Shown here: positions 20,184 to 29,407 of the stretch, piece after piece | How the letters are laid out: every line of letters starts with the position of its first letter | Numbering within the stretch: position 1 is the stretch's first letter | DNA from: a virus | Lineage: Duplodnaviria; Caudoviricetes | Virus record (IMG/VR): IMGVR_UViG_3300001336_000022 | Location: 1-53,891 of that record | Direction: 5' to 3' (one strand) | Length of the DNA stretch: 53,891 bases | Translations under genes and position numbers: made by a program | The notes under the pieces: model-generated | Told to the model about the DNA's origin: nothing | What the model saw: only the letters and a program-made list of their open reading frames with translations | Database searches by the model: none

Positions 20184-20476
20184 TGCCAGCAACAACAGCA
20201 ACCGGTTCGGGTAACATTCGCGTTCTCTTTGGTAGTCCGGGTCTTCCCGCTGACCAAAAAAACACCATCCAAGTTTACTACCGTGGGTTTAGACTCTCGG
20301 AGCGTGTGGGTGGGGTCGGCGAATATGAGTTTGAATGGTCAGCAGCGACAGAAGCAAGTAATATCACTTCCCTACGAATCGTCGAAACCGATATGATCGA
20401 CTCGTTGGATACGGTGTTCAATACCGTTGATCCTCTAATTGAAGTGATTGATATTGGTGCGACAAGTGGATCGTAA
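20183..20476 (+). CDS. Hypothetical protein
   Basis: TAATG coupling to the upstream gene; GGGAG RBS; 97 aa. Confidence 0.6.
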   Translation: MPATTATGSGNIRVLFGSPGLPADQKNTIQVYYRGFRLSERVGGVGEYEFEWSAATEASNITSLRIVETDMIDSLDTVFNTVDPLIEVIDIGATSGS

Positions 20477-20735
20477 AAGATTTTATCACACACCCTCCGA
20501 CACCATCAAACTGAATAACGGTGATGAACTGACCTTGGAACAGTTCAATCTTTTTGAACCAGATTATCAAAAACAAGACCACCATCTTGCGATTGAATAT
20601 ATTCCCGGCAAACACTATCGAGTGTGGACAAAAGATGGAAAGCAGTTTACCCTTGAAAAATACCGGTGGGTAGAGGGTGACGGATACATAGAGCGGGAAC
20701 TAGAAATTCGAAACACCCTTTCTCAGAGATCATAA
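20448..20735 (+). CDS. Hypothetical protein (start probably GTG at 20466)
   Basis: Fills the gap before gp13; plausible amino-acid composition. Confidence 0.6.
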   Translation: MILVRQVDRKRFYHTPSDTIKLNNGDELTLEQFNLFEPDYQKQDHHLAIEYIPGKHYRVWTKDGKQFTLEKYRWVEGDGYIERELEIRNTLSQRS

Positions 20736-20738
20736 GAA

Positions 20739-21494
20739 ATGGCAAGACCTGCAACTCGACAACAACTCAAAGACTATTGTCTCCGTCAACTCGGAGAACC
20801 GGTAACAAAAGTCAATGTCGATGATGCTCAAGTTGAGGATTGCATCGACGATGCTCTACAGTATTTTTCGGAATATCACTTTGATGGTGTTGAAAGAACA
20901 TTCATTCGCCATGAACTAACCGACGACGAGAGAGCCGCTGGGATTTCGAGTGGATATGTCGATCTCCCTGTAAATGATGCTGTCACTTCGATTGCCGAAG
21001 TCCTCAAACTAAGTCATACATTCATTGACGGTATGTTCAGCGTTGAGTATCAAATGGCACTCAACGATATCACCGAGATGAAATTTTTGGATCTTACCAC
21101 CTACCAAATGCGCAAGGATCACTTGGCGACCATTGACAAGATGCTCAATCCAGTTGTAAGATATGAGTTTAGCCGGGTCAAGAATGCCATTCGGATTTAT
21201 CTGGATGACCGAAGCATCGACGATGCCAAGTTTATTGTCTACGATGCGTTTGTTGTCTTAGACCCCGAAACATATGGGAAAATCTACAACGATATTCTTC
21301 TCAAGAAATATGCGACGGCACTTATCATGCGTCAGTGGGGGCAGAATCTTTCCAAATACGATCAGGTTCAATTGCCGGGTGGGATTACTCTGAATGGGCA
21401 GGCGATCAAACAGGAAGCCCTAGATACTATCCAGAGACTTGAAGAAACCATTCAGTTACGATATGAGGAACCGCCCATGGGCTTCGTTGGGTAG
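20739..21494 (+). CDS. gp13: Neck protein gp13
   Basis: MARPATRQQLKDYCLRQLG.PV..VNVDDAQVEDCIDDALQYF.EYHFDG; QWGQNLSKY..VQLPGGITLNG. Confidence 0.95.
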   Translation: MARPATRQQLKDYCLRQLGEPVTKVNVDDAQVEDCIDDALQYFSEYHFDGVERTFIRHELTDDERAAGISSGYVDLPVNDAVTSIAEVLKLSHTFIDGMFSVEYQMALNDITEMKFLDLTTYQMRKDHLATIDKMLNPVVRYEFSRVKNAIRIYLDDRSIDDAKFIVYDAFVVLDPETYGKIYNDILLKKYATALIMRQWGQNLSKYDQVQLPGGITLNGQAIKQEALDTIQRLEETIQLRYEEPPMGFVG

Positions 21495-21503
21495 CCGTCT
21501 TGA

Positions 21504-22826
21504 ATGGAAAATGTCATAATGTTCAAAATTGCCGTAGTCACCCCCACCAACAATACCAAACACCTTTTCTCATGCTACCGATCCTTGCAGGAGCAAACCT
21601 ACAATAATTGGGTATGGTGCGTCATGGGAAATAACTTTGGAGAGGATAACCCCTCCGATTGGATGCGATTCATCGGTATGGTGGAAGACGATCCAAGAGT
21701 CAAAGTTATCAATGCCGACTCCAATTCCAACATCGGAGCAATCAAGCGTGATGCCTTTCTCTCCGCGATCAAAATGACGAACCCTGAAATTGTCGTGGAG
21801 TTGGATCATGATGATATTCTTCTCCCCACCGCTCTAAGTGAGACTGTCAAAGTCTTTGTTGAAGATCCCGAAGTCGGGTTTGTCTACTCTGACTGTGCAA
21901 GATTTCGTACGGACGGAAAAGAACCCGTCAAGTTCGGAGAAGCATACGGGTGGACCGGACAAAAAACCGGAAAAATTCATTTCGCAGGATACACCGAAGA
22001 ACCGGCTGAATGCCCCTGTGTTTATACCCCATCGTGGGAACCGACCGCTCACTCTCTACGGTATATCTGGTATGCCCCGGATCACCTAAGAGCATGGAGG
22101 GTTGGAACATATCTCATGGTCGGTGGTCATAACAAAGATCTTTCCGTCTGTGACGACCACGAATTGCTCATTCGGACTTATCTTTCATCCAAAATGGTCC
22201 GAATCCCAAAGCCGCTGTATCTGTATCGCGAGCATCATAACACGGTAGTTGTCCGGAACAAAGAAATTCAGGAGACAACAATTCAACTTCACCGGAAATA
22301 CTGTCAACGACTCGCCGAGCGTTGGGCAGATCTCTACGGGCTTTCAAAAGTTGATATCGGGGGTGGTATTTTTGCGAAAGATGGTTACACGACCATTGAT
22401 CTAAGAGACACCGCTGATATCAAGTTCGACTTGAACCATGGTATACCTCTACCAGAGAATTCTGTTGGTGTTTTGAATGCTTCTCATATCATCGAACACC
22501 TGAAAGACCCGTGTCGAATTATGCGAGAGATTCATAGAGTCCTCGCACCCAACGGATTTGCTTTTATCGAAGTTCCCTCAACCGATGGTCGGGGTGCTTG
22601 GCAAGATCCCACACATGTTAGTTTCTGGAACGAGAATAGTTTTTGGTATTACACCAGAAAAACCCAATCTCAGTTCATAGACCATGTTGAGGGCATGAAA
22701 GATGTTCGGTTCATGGAAGATCGGCTAGACACGGTGTGGTGGGATAACCATATTGCGGTTACGCATGCATGGTTGATTGCCCTGAAACCCAATTCTCCGC
22801 GAGTACCCGGACAGATTCACATATGA
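21504..22826 (+). CDS. Glycosyltransferase family 2 fused to a SAM-dependent methyltransferase-like domain
   Basis: GT-A: IAVVTPT, ELDHDD, FVYSD, CDDHELLIR. C-terminal VDIGGG...DLNHGIPLPENSV...SHIIEHL...EIHRVLAPNG...VP..AWQDPTH (methyltransferase-11-like). Confidence 0.85.
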   Translation: MENVIMFKIAVVTPTNNTKHLFSCYRSLQEQTYNNWVWCVMGNNFGEDNPSDWMRFIGMVEDDPRVKVINADSNSNIGAIKRDAFLSAIKMTNPEIVVELDHDDILLPTALSETVKVFVEDPEVGFVYSDCARFRTDGKEPVKFGEAYGWTGQKTGKIHFAGYTEEPAECPCVYTPSWEPTAHSLRYIWYAPDHLRAWRVGTYLMVGGHNKDLSVCDDHELLIRTYLSSKMVRIPKPLYLYREHHNTVVVRNKEIQETTIQLHRKYCQRLAERWADLYGLSKVDIGGGIFAKDGYTTIDLRDTADIKFDLNHGIPLPENSVGVLNASHIIEHLKDPCRIMREIHRVLAPNGFAFIEVPSTDGRGAWQDPTHVSFWNENSFWYYTRKTQSQFIDHVEGMKDVRFMEDRLDTVWWDNHIAVTHAWLIALKPNSPRVPGQIHI

Positions 22827-22950
22827 GCCTCAAAGAATACTTAGTATCCAAACCTCATCCACTCATGGAGGGGTATTCCTACGGTTGCATCATGGTGACA
22901 TTGGCGGGATCAAAACCTACCATCCGTTAGATGATGGTCTCACACAATAA
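22823..22950 (+). pseudogene. Possible internally deleted remnant of a gp57B/Acb1-like 2H phosphoesterase
   Basis: ATG overlapping the upstream stop gives MSLKEYL...GYSYGCIM; a different frame from 22891 gives GDIGGIKTYHPLDDGLTQ*. Resemblance is from memory of the family's termini only. Confidence 0.35.
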
Positions 22951-22978
22951 GTGGTCAATTCTGACACCTTAGAAGCAG

Positions 22979-23023
22979 AAAGACTCATTGAGTGACACTT
23001 TTGACCACTCAATGAGTCTTTTT
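22979..23023 (+). terminator. Strong hairpin/intrinsic terminator (16-bp perfect stem, 11-nt loop)
   Basis: AAAGACTCATTGAGTG-N11-CACTCAATGAGTCTTT followed by TT. Confidence 0.75.
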
Positions 23024-23117
23024 AGTATCCCTTATCAATGGGCTACACCCATATTATACAGATGTTTTGAGACCTGTCAAGAGAAATTCCGGAAAAAGTC
23101 GGAAATTTTTTCGTTCC

Positions 23118-23124
23118 CTACATA
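23118..23124 (+). promoter_or_regulatory. Late promoter variant CTACATA upstream of gp14
   Basis: Intergenic, after the terminator and ~28 nt before the ATG. Confidence 0.65.
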
Positions 23125-23152
23125 AAGTAGGCACTATTCGTAAAGGCAACAT

Positions 23153-23998
23153 ATGTCCCCAGTGAACCCCTATTTCAACCATGTCTCGGAACTCACCGAG
23201 CAAACTCTGATTGAGGATTTGGTTATCGAAACCATTCAGCATAGGGGTATTGATATGGTCTATGTCAGGAGAGCCGATACCACCAGTGAAATGGATCCGC
23301 TGTTCGGCGAAGAATTTGATGTTGGTCGGTTCAATCGAGCAAAGTCTATCGAAATGTATGTCAACAATCCCGAAGGGTTTGAGGGTGAGGGTGACCTGAT
23401 TGCTAAATTCGGTCTCCAAATCAATCAAAGCACGACACTGGTTGTATCGAGAAAGAGATTCAGGGAAGAACTGGGAATGGAATTCCCCAGAGAGGGCGAC
23501 CTCATCTACATTCCATTTTCAAATTCACTCTTTGAGATTAGGTATGTCAACCCAGATAACCCATTCTTCCAACTCGGTAAACTCTACACTGTAGACCTGA
23601 CTATTGAATCGTTCCAATACAGCGGAGAGATTTTCGAGACTGGGATTCCATACCTTGATTCTTTGACCCGCGAGCGGGGATTCGTTACTACTTTCGATCT
23701 TGTCGCGGGTGGATCTGGTGTATTCACTATCGGAGAGTCGATCTCGGTTGGTAGCAACTCCGCTGCCGTGGTCAAGTCATTCAATGTCAACGCATTGGAA
23801 CTTGAAGTCGCACAGTTCAAAGGTGTTATTCCAACAGGTGGATTTATTATCGGTCAGGCAAGCGGTGCATCTTGGGGTATCAGTTCTGGGTCTAATCTCG
23901 ATATGCCGAATGACGGATTCGGTCAGAACCTCGACTTCCAGATCGAGGGTGATATCATTGTTGACTGGAAAGCAAATAACCCGTGGGGTGATATCTAA
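23153..23998 (+). CDS. gp14: Neck protein gp14
   Basis: NPYFN..EQTLIEDLVIETIQ, DPLFGE, IEMYV, FEGEGDLIAKFGLQI, PREGDLIY.P, PFFQLGK. Confidence 0.95.
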   Translation: MSPVNPYFNHVSELTEQTLIEDLVIETIQHRGIDMVYVRRADTTSEMDPLFGEEFDVGRFNRAKSIEMYVNNPEGFEGEGDLIAKFGLQINQSTTLVVSRKRFREELGMEFPREGDLIYIPFSNSLFEIRYVNPDNPFFQLGKLYTVDLTIESFQYSGEIFETGIPYLDSLTRERGFVTTFDLVAGGSGVFTIGESISVGSNSAAVVKSFNVNALELEVAQFKGVIPTGGFIIGQASGASWGISSGSNLDMPNDGFGQNLDFQIEGDIIVDWKANNPWGDI

Positions 23999-24798
23999 TG
24001 TTTGAACACTACTACCACAAGACGACACGCAAAGCCATTATTGCGATGGGAACACTTCTGAACAATATCAAAGTTGTCCGAGAAGATAGAAACGGTATTG
24101 AGACCAACCGAGAAACTGTTCCACTTTCCTATCTCACAAAGCGTAAGATGTTCCGCATCTTAGAAGAAGACAGTAAAGCCGATGAGTCTAAGATTGACCT
24201 ACAGGCATACTTCCCCCGTATGACATTTGCCATTGTCAACATTCTTCGGAACCCAACAAGAGCCAGCAACCCCTTTCAGAAGTTGTATAACCAAAAGAGT
24301 GACGGGTCGGTGGAACAAATTCTGTTTCGCAACCCCTACAGTCTGACTTTTGAAGTTTCAATCAACACGAAAAAACAGGACGACCTGTGGCAGATCGTAG
24401 AACAGATTTTACCATACTTCAATCCATCGCTTACCATGTCTGTTCGATCCGTTGACAACTTTGAGGCGATCAGCGATGATTTTCTCATTACACTAGAAGA
24501 TGTGACACCCGACCTGAATGTTGAAGGAACCCCAATCAGCGAGCAGTTAGAAGTCTACACTGTGACTCTGACTTTTAGTGTAGACTTGTATTACTATGGT
24601 CCTCGAACTAGTTCAGGTCTCATCAAGAACACAAATGTTACATTCAAAGATCAGAACAACGGTCTATCGCTCGTCAAAGTCACCGCAGAAATCAACCCAA
24701 ACGATGCCACCATTGATGACTTTGGAATCAGCACTGGAATACTACTTCTTGACGATCAGTTTATTACTTCTGCCATTCCATCGGAAGGCGATTGCTAA
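23998..24798 (+). CDS. gp15: Tail sheath stabilizer/terminator gp15
   Basis: MFEHYYHKTTRKAIIAMGTLLNNI, VPLSY, PRMTF, QIVEQILPYFNP. Confidence 0.92.
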   Translation: MFEHYYHKTTRKAIIAMGTLLNNIKVVREDRNGIETNRETVPLSYLTKRKMFRILEEDSKADESKIDLQAYFPRMTFAIVNILRNPTRASNPFQKLYNQKSDGSVEQILFRNPYSLTFEVSINTKKQDDLWQIVEQILPYFNPSLTMSVRSVDNFEAISDDFLITLEDVTPDLNVEGTPISEQLEVYTVTLTFSVDLYYYGPRTSSGLIKNTNVTFKDQNNGLSLVKVTAEINPNDATIDDFGISTGILLLDDQFITSAIPSEGDC

Positions 24799-26717
24799 TG
24801 TTCACCCAAGTTTTGTTTGACTTTTCTACAGACGGATCCCCTACGGTTATCACAGGGCAGCGTTATGGGTTGACCAATCTGGTTGACCTTGCTGGTCAAA
24901 ATACCGACAAAATTGGCGTTCAAAACCCCACCCGCCGTTATGTCAACAGCAAGTATCCTTTTCAGGTTCACCTGATCGGTCGAAACGAAAGTAGTGAAGT
25001 TGGCGTAACACAGACTCTTGCATGGGATCTCATGCCGTCTTGGGCGGTCAAAAATGATATAGTCTTCCTTGAGCAATCTGATTGGATGGGAGACATTGAT
25101 CTTCTTTTCAACCCGGTAGACTTCATTCAGGGATCCCCGTTCGACTACCCGAACTTAAGATTGTTTTATCGCCTCACAGAGTATGAGACAAGACTTGAAT
25201 CATTTCTCAAGATCCGACTTGAGGAAAACGAAAATAGGTTCGTTCTGCTAGACTGGGTGGCGTTTCCCCTCAACTGGGCACAGTATACTGGGTGGGGGAG
25301 CCCACAGGTCAACACCGCGACCGTTGCTTCTTTTGCATCTAAATTCAACCCGGCATATTCTGGTCTATCCGAAGAAGCAAAAACCGCTTTCGTTGAAAAC
25401 ACTGTCATCCCTGCTTTCAATTTGCTTGTCGAACTTATCATCACAACCGCAATTCAAAAAGCAAAGGAAGACGCACCGAATTGTTCAATCGGGTTTGTGG
25501 GATTCCCGACCGGCATTCAACAAAACAGAATCAATCGGTCATTTGGATATGACTTCCCCGATCAGTCTTATGATCCCCGAAAAGCCAACACAACTTTCCA
25601 AAATATTATCAGGGTTCCAAGAGTAGACTATGGTAGTGTTACCCGTCCAACCCAGTCTGTGATTGACCAATTGGATTTTTATGTCGTAGACGCTATCACT
25701 TCCCACTTCTTTTTCGCTGATGACGACCAAACTCCGTTTGTTTTGAGTCAAGGAGAACCAGATTTTGCGGATGATGATGCGTTCGGTGGTGGCAGTGATC
25801 CTGTCTTTGACAACAATGATACGATTTCTCAAGTAGATCGAACACAAAACCGATTCTCGCAGTCTGACTATCAGATTTATCTCACAAGTAACATTGCCGA
25901 AGCAATTCGACTCCGAGAATTGAGTTCCACCCGCAAGCCAATTTTCCTTGTGGCGAGCGATGTCATCCGAATTCAATTTCAAAGATCTCTACCAAACTTT
26001 GTTAGTCCAACAGCCAACCCGTATGGTTGTCACTTCACTCTCCCATTTGGCACTTGGCAAGTTGACGATCTCAAAGGGTTTTCATTTGACAATGATAGTC
26101 TTATGGTCCGAGATATGGTGAAGGCGGCGAATCGAAACGGTCTCGATGGCATTATGTTTATGCTGCGAGGCAGCGATGATCCCCAAAACGGGGCATCATG
26201 GTCCTATGAATCTTCTACAAACTACTTTAGAACGACTTATGTGCCTATCATTGAAAGTGAACTGATTGGAGAAAAATATATGCTCACTGACACCCAACGC
26301 CCAAGCATCTCGCTCGTAGATAACTCAATGAGGGGGTCGCTTGTGATCACATGGAATCATATTCCCGGTGCTGAGAGATACTACTTGATCCGAGCGAAAG
26401 ATCAAAGAAACTCAGCATACAAAGTTCTGACCGTTACTCAGAAAAATTTTGCGACCGATGAAGACATTCAAGACAACATCGACGGATCAGATTACTACTA
26501 CAAAGTCATGGCGGTGGTGGACAATCAGTTTACGCCATTCTCAAATGCAGAAAAAGTCGATGCCGGATTCAGTCTACCTATAGGTAACACAGCGAAGATC
26601 AAATCTCCACCCCGAACGGGAGATCTTGCCGCTGGAACCGAAATTCGTTCTGCTGTTATGCAAAGAGGTATTGAAAGTGAAAGACGACCAGTCCGAGAAG
26701 CAAACATCATCAGTTGA
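24792..26717 (+). CDS. Hypothetical protein: GH56 hyaluronidase-like barrel segment + C-terminal FN3-like domain
   Basis: VLLDWVAFPLNW...AIQKAKEDAPNCSIGFVGFP resembles GH56 motifs. LVITWNHIPGAERYYLIR...YYYKVMAV resembles FN3. Confidence 0.5.
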   Translation: MLMFTQVLFDFSTDGSPTVITGQRYGLTNLVDLAGQNTDKIGVQNPTRRYVNSKYPFQVHLIGRNESSEVGVTQTLAWDLMPSWAVKNDIVFLEQSDWMGDIDLLFNPVDFIQGSPFDYPNLRLFYRLTEYETRLESFLKIRLEENENRFVLLDWVAFPLNWAQYTGWGSPQVNTATVASFASKFNPAYSGLSEEAKTAFVENTVIPAFNLLVELIITTAIQKAKEDAPNCSIGFVGFPTGIQQNRINRSFGYDFPDQSYDPRKANTTFQNIIRVPRVDYGSVTRPTQSVIDQLDFYVVDAITSHFFFADDDQTPFVLSQGEPDFADDDAFGGGSDPVFDNNDTISQVDRTQNRFSQSDYQIYLTSNIAEAIRLRELSSTRKPIFLVASDVIRIQFQRSLPNFVSPTANPYGCHFTLPFGTWQVDDLKGFSFDNDSLMVRDMVKAANRNGLDGIMFMLRGSDDPQNGASWSYESSTNYFRTTYVPIIESELIGEKYMLTDTQRPSISLVDNSMRGSLVITWNHIPGAERYYLIRAKDQRNSAYKVLTVTQKNFATDEDIQDNIDGSDYYYKVMAVVDNQFTPFSNAEKVDAGFSLPIGNTAKIKSPPRTGDLAAGTEIRSAVMQRGIESERRPVREANIIS

Positions 26718-27207
26718 CGAAAAACTCGCCAACGCTCTAAATATTGCACTGCCGTCCATTGAAGAAAAGAAAGATAGTGAACTTTCGGAGGAAGAAAAGA
26801 ACGCTATCATTGAAATGCAGCGGCGAATCACCCAAGAGATCAAAAAATCCAGTGAAACAAAAGCCGATACCGACTTCGATCTGGTCCGATCAGCATTGCA
26901 ACGCCTTGCGATCCGAGGCGAGACGGCTTTCGAAGATGCCCTACGGGTTGCTGCGGAATCTGAATCTCCGCGAGCATATGAAGTGGTCTCGCAACTCTTG
27001 AAAACCACTATTGACGCGAATAAAGATTTGTTGGATATTCACAAGAGAAAGAAAGAGATTGAGGCGAAAGACCCAATCCGTGAACAACCGTCTTATAACC
27101 AGACAAACATTGAGAACATTGTTTTTCAGGGGACACCAGCCGACTTGCAGCGTCAACTCAAAAAAGTCATAAATGAGAAGGGTGACGATGAGTCAACCAC
27201 TGAATAA
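26677..27207 (+). CDS. gp16: Terminase small subunit gp16 (GTG start at 26677; listed ORF starts 26626)
   Basis: DFDLVRSAL, ESESPRAYEVVSQLLKT..DANKDLL, VFQGTPADLQRQL; GAGGT RBS. Confidence 0.92.
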   Translation: MKDDQSEKQTSSVDEKLANALNIALPSIEEKKDSELSEEEKNAIIEMQRRITQEIKKSSETKADTDFDLVRSALQRLAIRGETAFEDALRVAAESESPRAYEVVSQLLKTTIDANKDLLDIHKRKKEIEAKDPIREQPSYNQTNIENIVFQGTPADLQRQLKKVINEKGDDESTTE

Positions 27208-29407
27208 CAATAAACAGTCCTATTTGGGTAACCCGCTCATCAAGGGTGCAGGTGTCAAAGTTGAATTTACCAAGAAGCAGATCTTGGAATATGAACGATG
27301 CATGAATGATCCGATCTACTTCATCAAACAATATGTTCAGATTATCAATGTTGACAGGGGTTTGATTCCATTTGAATTGTATCCCTACCAAGAAAATATT
27401 ATCAACACGGTTCATGATAATCGGTTTGTGATTTGCAAGATGTGCCGACAGAGTGGTAAGTCCACTACGGTCGCGTCATACATTCTACACTTTGTCAACT
27501 TCAACCCGGACAAGAAAGTCGCTATCCTTGCGAACAAACTTGCAATCGCAAAGGAAATCCTAGAGCGTATCAAGAGAGCGTTTCAGTATCTACCAAAGTG
27601 GATGCAACAGGGTGTAGCCGAGTGGAACAAAGAAAGTATCACACTCGAAAATGGATCCAAAATCATCGCGGCGGCTACTTCTAGTTCAGCGGTTCGTGGT
27701 GATACATTCAACCTTATCATGCTTGACGAGTTTGCGTTCATTCCGCCAAATCAAGCGGAAGACTTCTTTAGTTCGGTATACCCGACCGTTTCTTCCGGTA
27801 ACACAACAAAGGTTCTGATCGTGTCTTGTGTTGGTAAAGATACAGCGGTTTTCACTGATAAGGGTATTCGAACTGTGGGTGATTTCGTGGACCACAATGC
27901 TCCGACGCATCCAAATATCGGATACGAGGTAGACCGGTACAACATTCAGGGTCATCGCAAAAGTCTCAATAGTGGAAATGTGATGGTCAATTCGGGTCGT
28001 GCCCCCACTCGAATCATCAAATCAACATCAAGTCAATTAGAGTGTTCACATGAACATAAACTCTGGGCGTGTAAAGATGGAAACTACGGTTGGCACAGAT
28101 CCGGTGACCTTAATCCGGGAGACTATATCTCTGTTCAGTATGGAATGGATATATGGGGTGAAGATGACAGTCTAAATTGGAACTACACCCCAAGCAGCAA
28201 AGAGCGTAATGTATTCGATCCCGGATCAAAAATCACACCAGACTTGGCGTATTTTTTAGGATTATTCTTAGCCGAGGGGTCGGTTTATAAGACAGTTCGA
28301 AATGGCAATTGGGTCGGCTCGCGTGTCACGATAACATGCGGAGATGATGTCTCCGAATCAATCACCAAACTGGGTCTCAGTTATTCAAAAACCGATGATG
28401 TACACTACAGTATTGGAAGTATATCGCTTGCTCGGTTCTTAGAATATCTTGGGTTTGACCTGTCTTTGAAAGCAAAAACCAAAATCATTCCGCAGAAGAT
28501 TATGAGCATGGGCAGAAAAAACATGATTCATTTTCTTCGAGGGTATTTTGACGGGGATGGTTGTATCGGAAAAACCCGTTTGCGAGTCTCCCTAGCATCG
28601 GCTTCTGAAACCATGCTCGATCAAATCAGAATGATTCTTTTGAATCTTGGTATTTTGTCATCAAAACACCATTCCCACATTCCCCCAAGCGATCTTGTCA
28701 GTGTCAAGTCTGATGTTTGGCAACTTCAATGCAACCCAAAATTTAGTCGAGAATTTCTGAAAGTAGTTGGATTTGGCATTGACCGAAAACAAAAGATTGC
28801 AGAAAATTATCTATTAGATCAAACCGCCCATAGACCCGGATCTAATCATGATGTTGTCCCTCACTCCCGCCGCCTGTACGATGAAATGGGTGTGAAGTAT
28901 AGTCGAGCGGGAATGAAGCGTGGGAATATTCATTGGAGTAGAGAGCGATGTCTTGAAATTCAAGAGATTGAGGGAATCGTATCGGAGAACATAAAATGGG
29001 AACCTATTCGAGAGATAATCGAATCTGAAAATCAGGTGTTTGATTTTTCACTGGACCATGTTGAAAATAATTTTTGGTGTCATTCCGTTCTTTACAACGG
29101 CATCCTTGGTCACCAGACCCCCAAAGGCATGAACCATTTTTACAAGATGTGGACAGAAGCCGAGGAAGGTAGGTCCGACTATGTTCCCATTGCTGTTCAC
29201 TGGACAGAGGTTCCGGGGCGAGATCAAAACTGGGCAGATCAACAGATTCGAAACACAAGTATTCAACAGTTCGAGCAGGAGTTTGAATGCCTGACTCCCG
29301 AGACTCCTATATACCTCCGAGATAAAGAGACGGGTGAAATCGTTGAAATGACTATAGGAGAAGCGTATGAACTCATCGGTACAGGACAAGATAGTGAAAC
29401 TGGCTGA
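27188..29407 (+). CDS. gp17: Terminase large subunit gp17, N-terminal gene (ATPase domain), with a contiguous intein and a C-terminal split-intein N-fragment
   Basis: YLGNPLIK, Walker A CRQSGKST, Walker B LDEFAF, IVS/TPKGMNHFY, FEQEFE followed by intein start CLTPET. Confidence 0.95.
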   Translation: MSQPLNNNKQSYLGNPLIKGAGVKVEFTKKQILEYERCMNDPIYFIKQYVQIINVDRGLIPFELYPYQENIINTVHDNRFVICKMCRQSGKSTTVASYILHFVNFNPDKKVAILANKLAIAKEILERIKRAFQYLPKWMQQGVAEWNKESITLENGSKIIAAATSSSAVRGDTFNLIMLDEFAFIPPNQAEDFFSSVYPTVSSGNTTKVLIVSCVGKDTAVFTDKGIRTVGDFVDHNAPTHPNIGYEVDRYNIQGHRKSLNSGNVMVNSGRAPTRIIKSTSSQLECSHEHKLWACKDGNYGWHRSGDLNPGDYISVQYGMDIWGEDDSLNWNYTPSSKERNVFDPGSKITPDLAYFLGLFLAEGSVYKTVRNGNWVGSRVTITCGDDVSESITKLGLSYSKTDDVHYSIGSISLARFLEYLGFDLSLKAKTKIIPQKIMSMGRKNMIHFLRGYFDGDGCIGKTRLRVSLASASETMLDQIRMILLNLGILSSKHHSHIPPSDLVSVKSDVWQLQCNPKFSREFLKVVGFGIDRKQKIAENYLLDQTAHRPGSNHDVVPHSRRLYDEMGVKYSRAGMKRGNIHWSRERCLEIQEIEGIVSENIKWEPIREIIESENQVFDFSLDHVENNFWCHSVLYNGILGHQTPKGMNHFYKMWTEAEEGRSDYVPIAVHWTEVPGRDQNWADQQIRNTSIQQFEQEFECLTPETPIYLRDKETGEIVEMTIGEAYELIGTGQDSETG
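27827..29116 (+). mobile_element. Contiguous 430-aa intein with LAGLIDADG homing endonuclease, ending His-Gln (+1 Thr)
   Basis: Starts CVGKDTAVFT; block B LECSHEHKLW; LAGLIDADG motifs YFLGLFLAEGS and FLRGYFDGDG; ends VFDFSL...HSVLYNGILGHQ/T. Removal restores IVS-TPKG. Confidence 0.93.
29288..29407 (+). mobile_element. Split intein N-fragment (IntN, 39 aa)
   Basis: FEQEFE|CLTPETPIYLRDKETGEIVEMTIGEAYELIGTGQDSETG*: intein block A, then a stop. Confidence 0.9.

Noticed and set aside
22950-23150. tRNA or other ncRNA in the longest intergenic gap
   Set aside because: No cloverleaf or T-loop motif; explained by a terminator and a late promoter.
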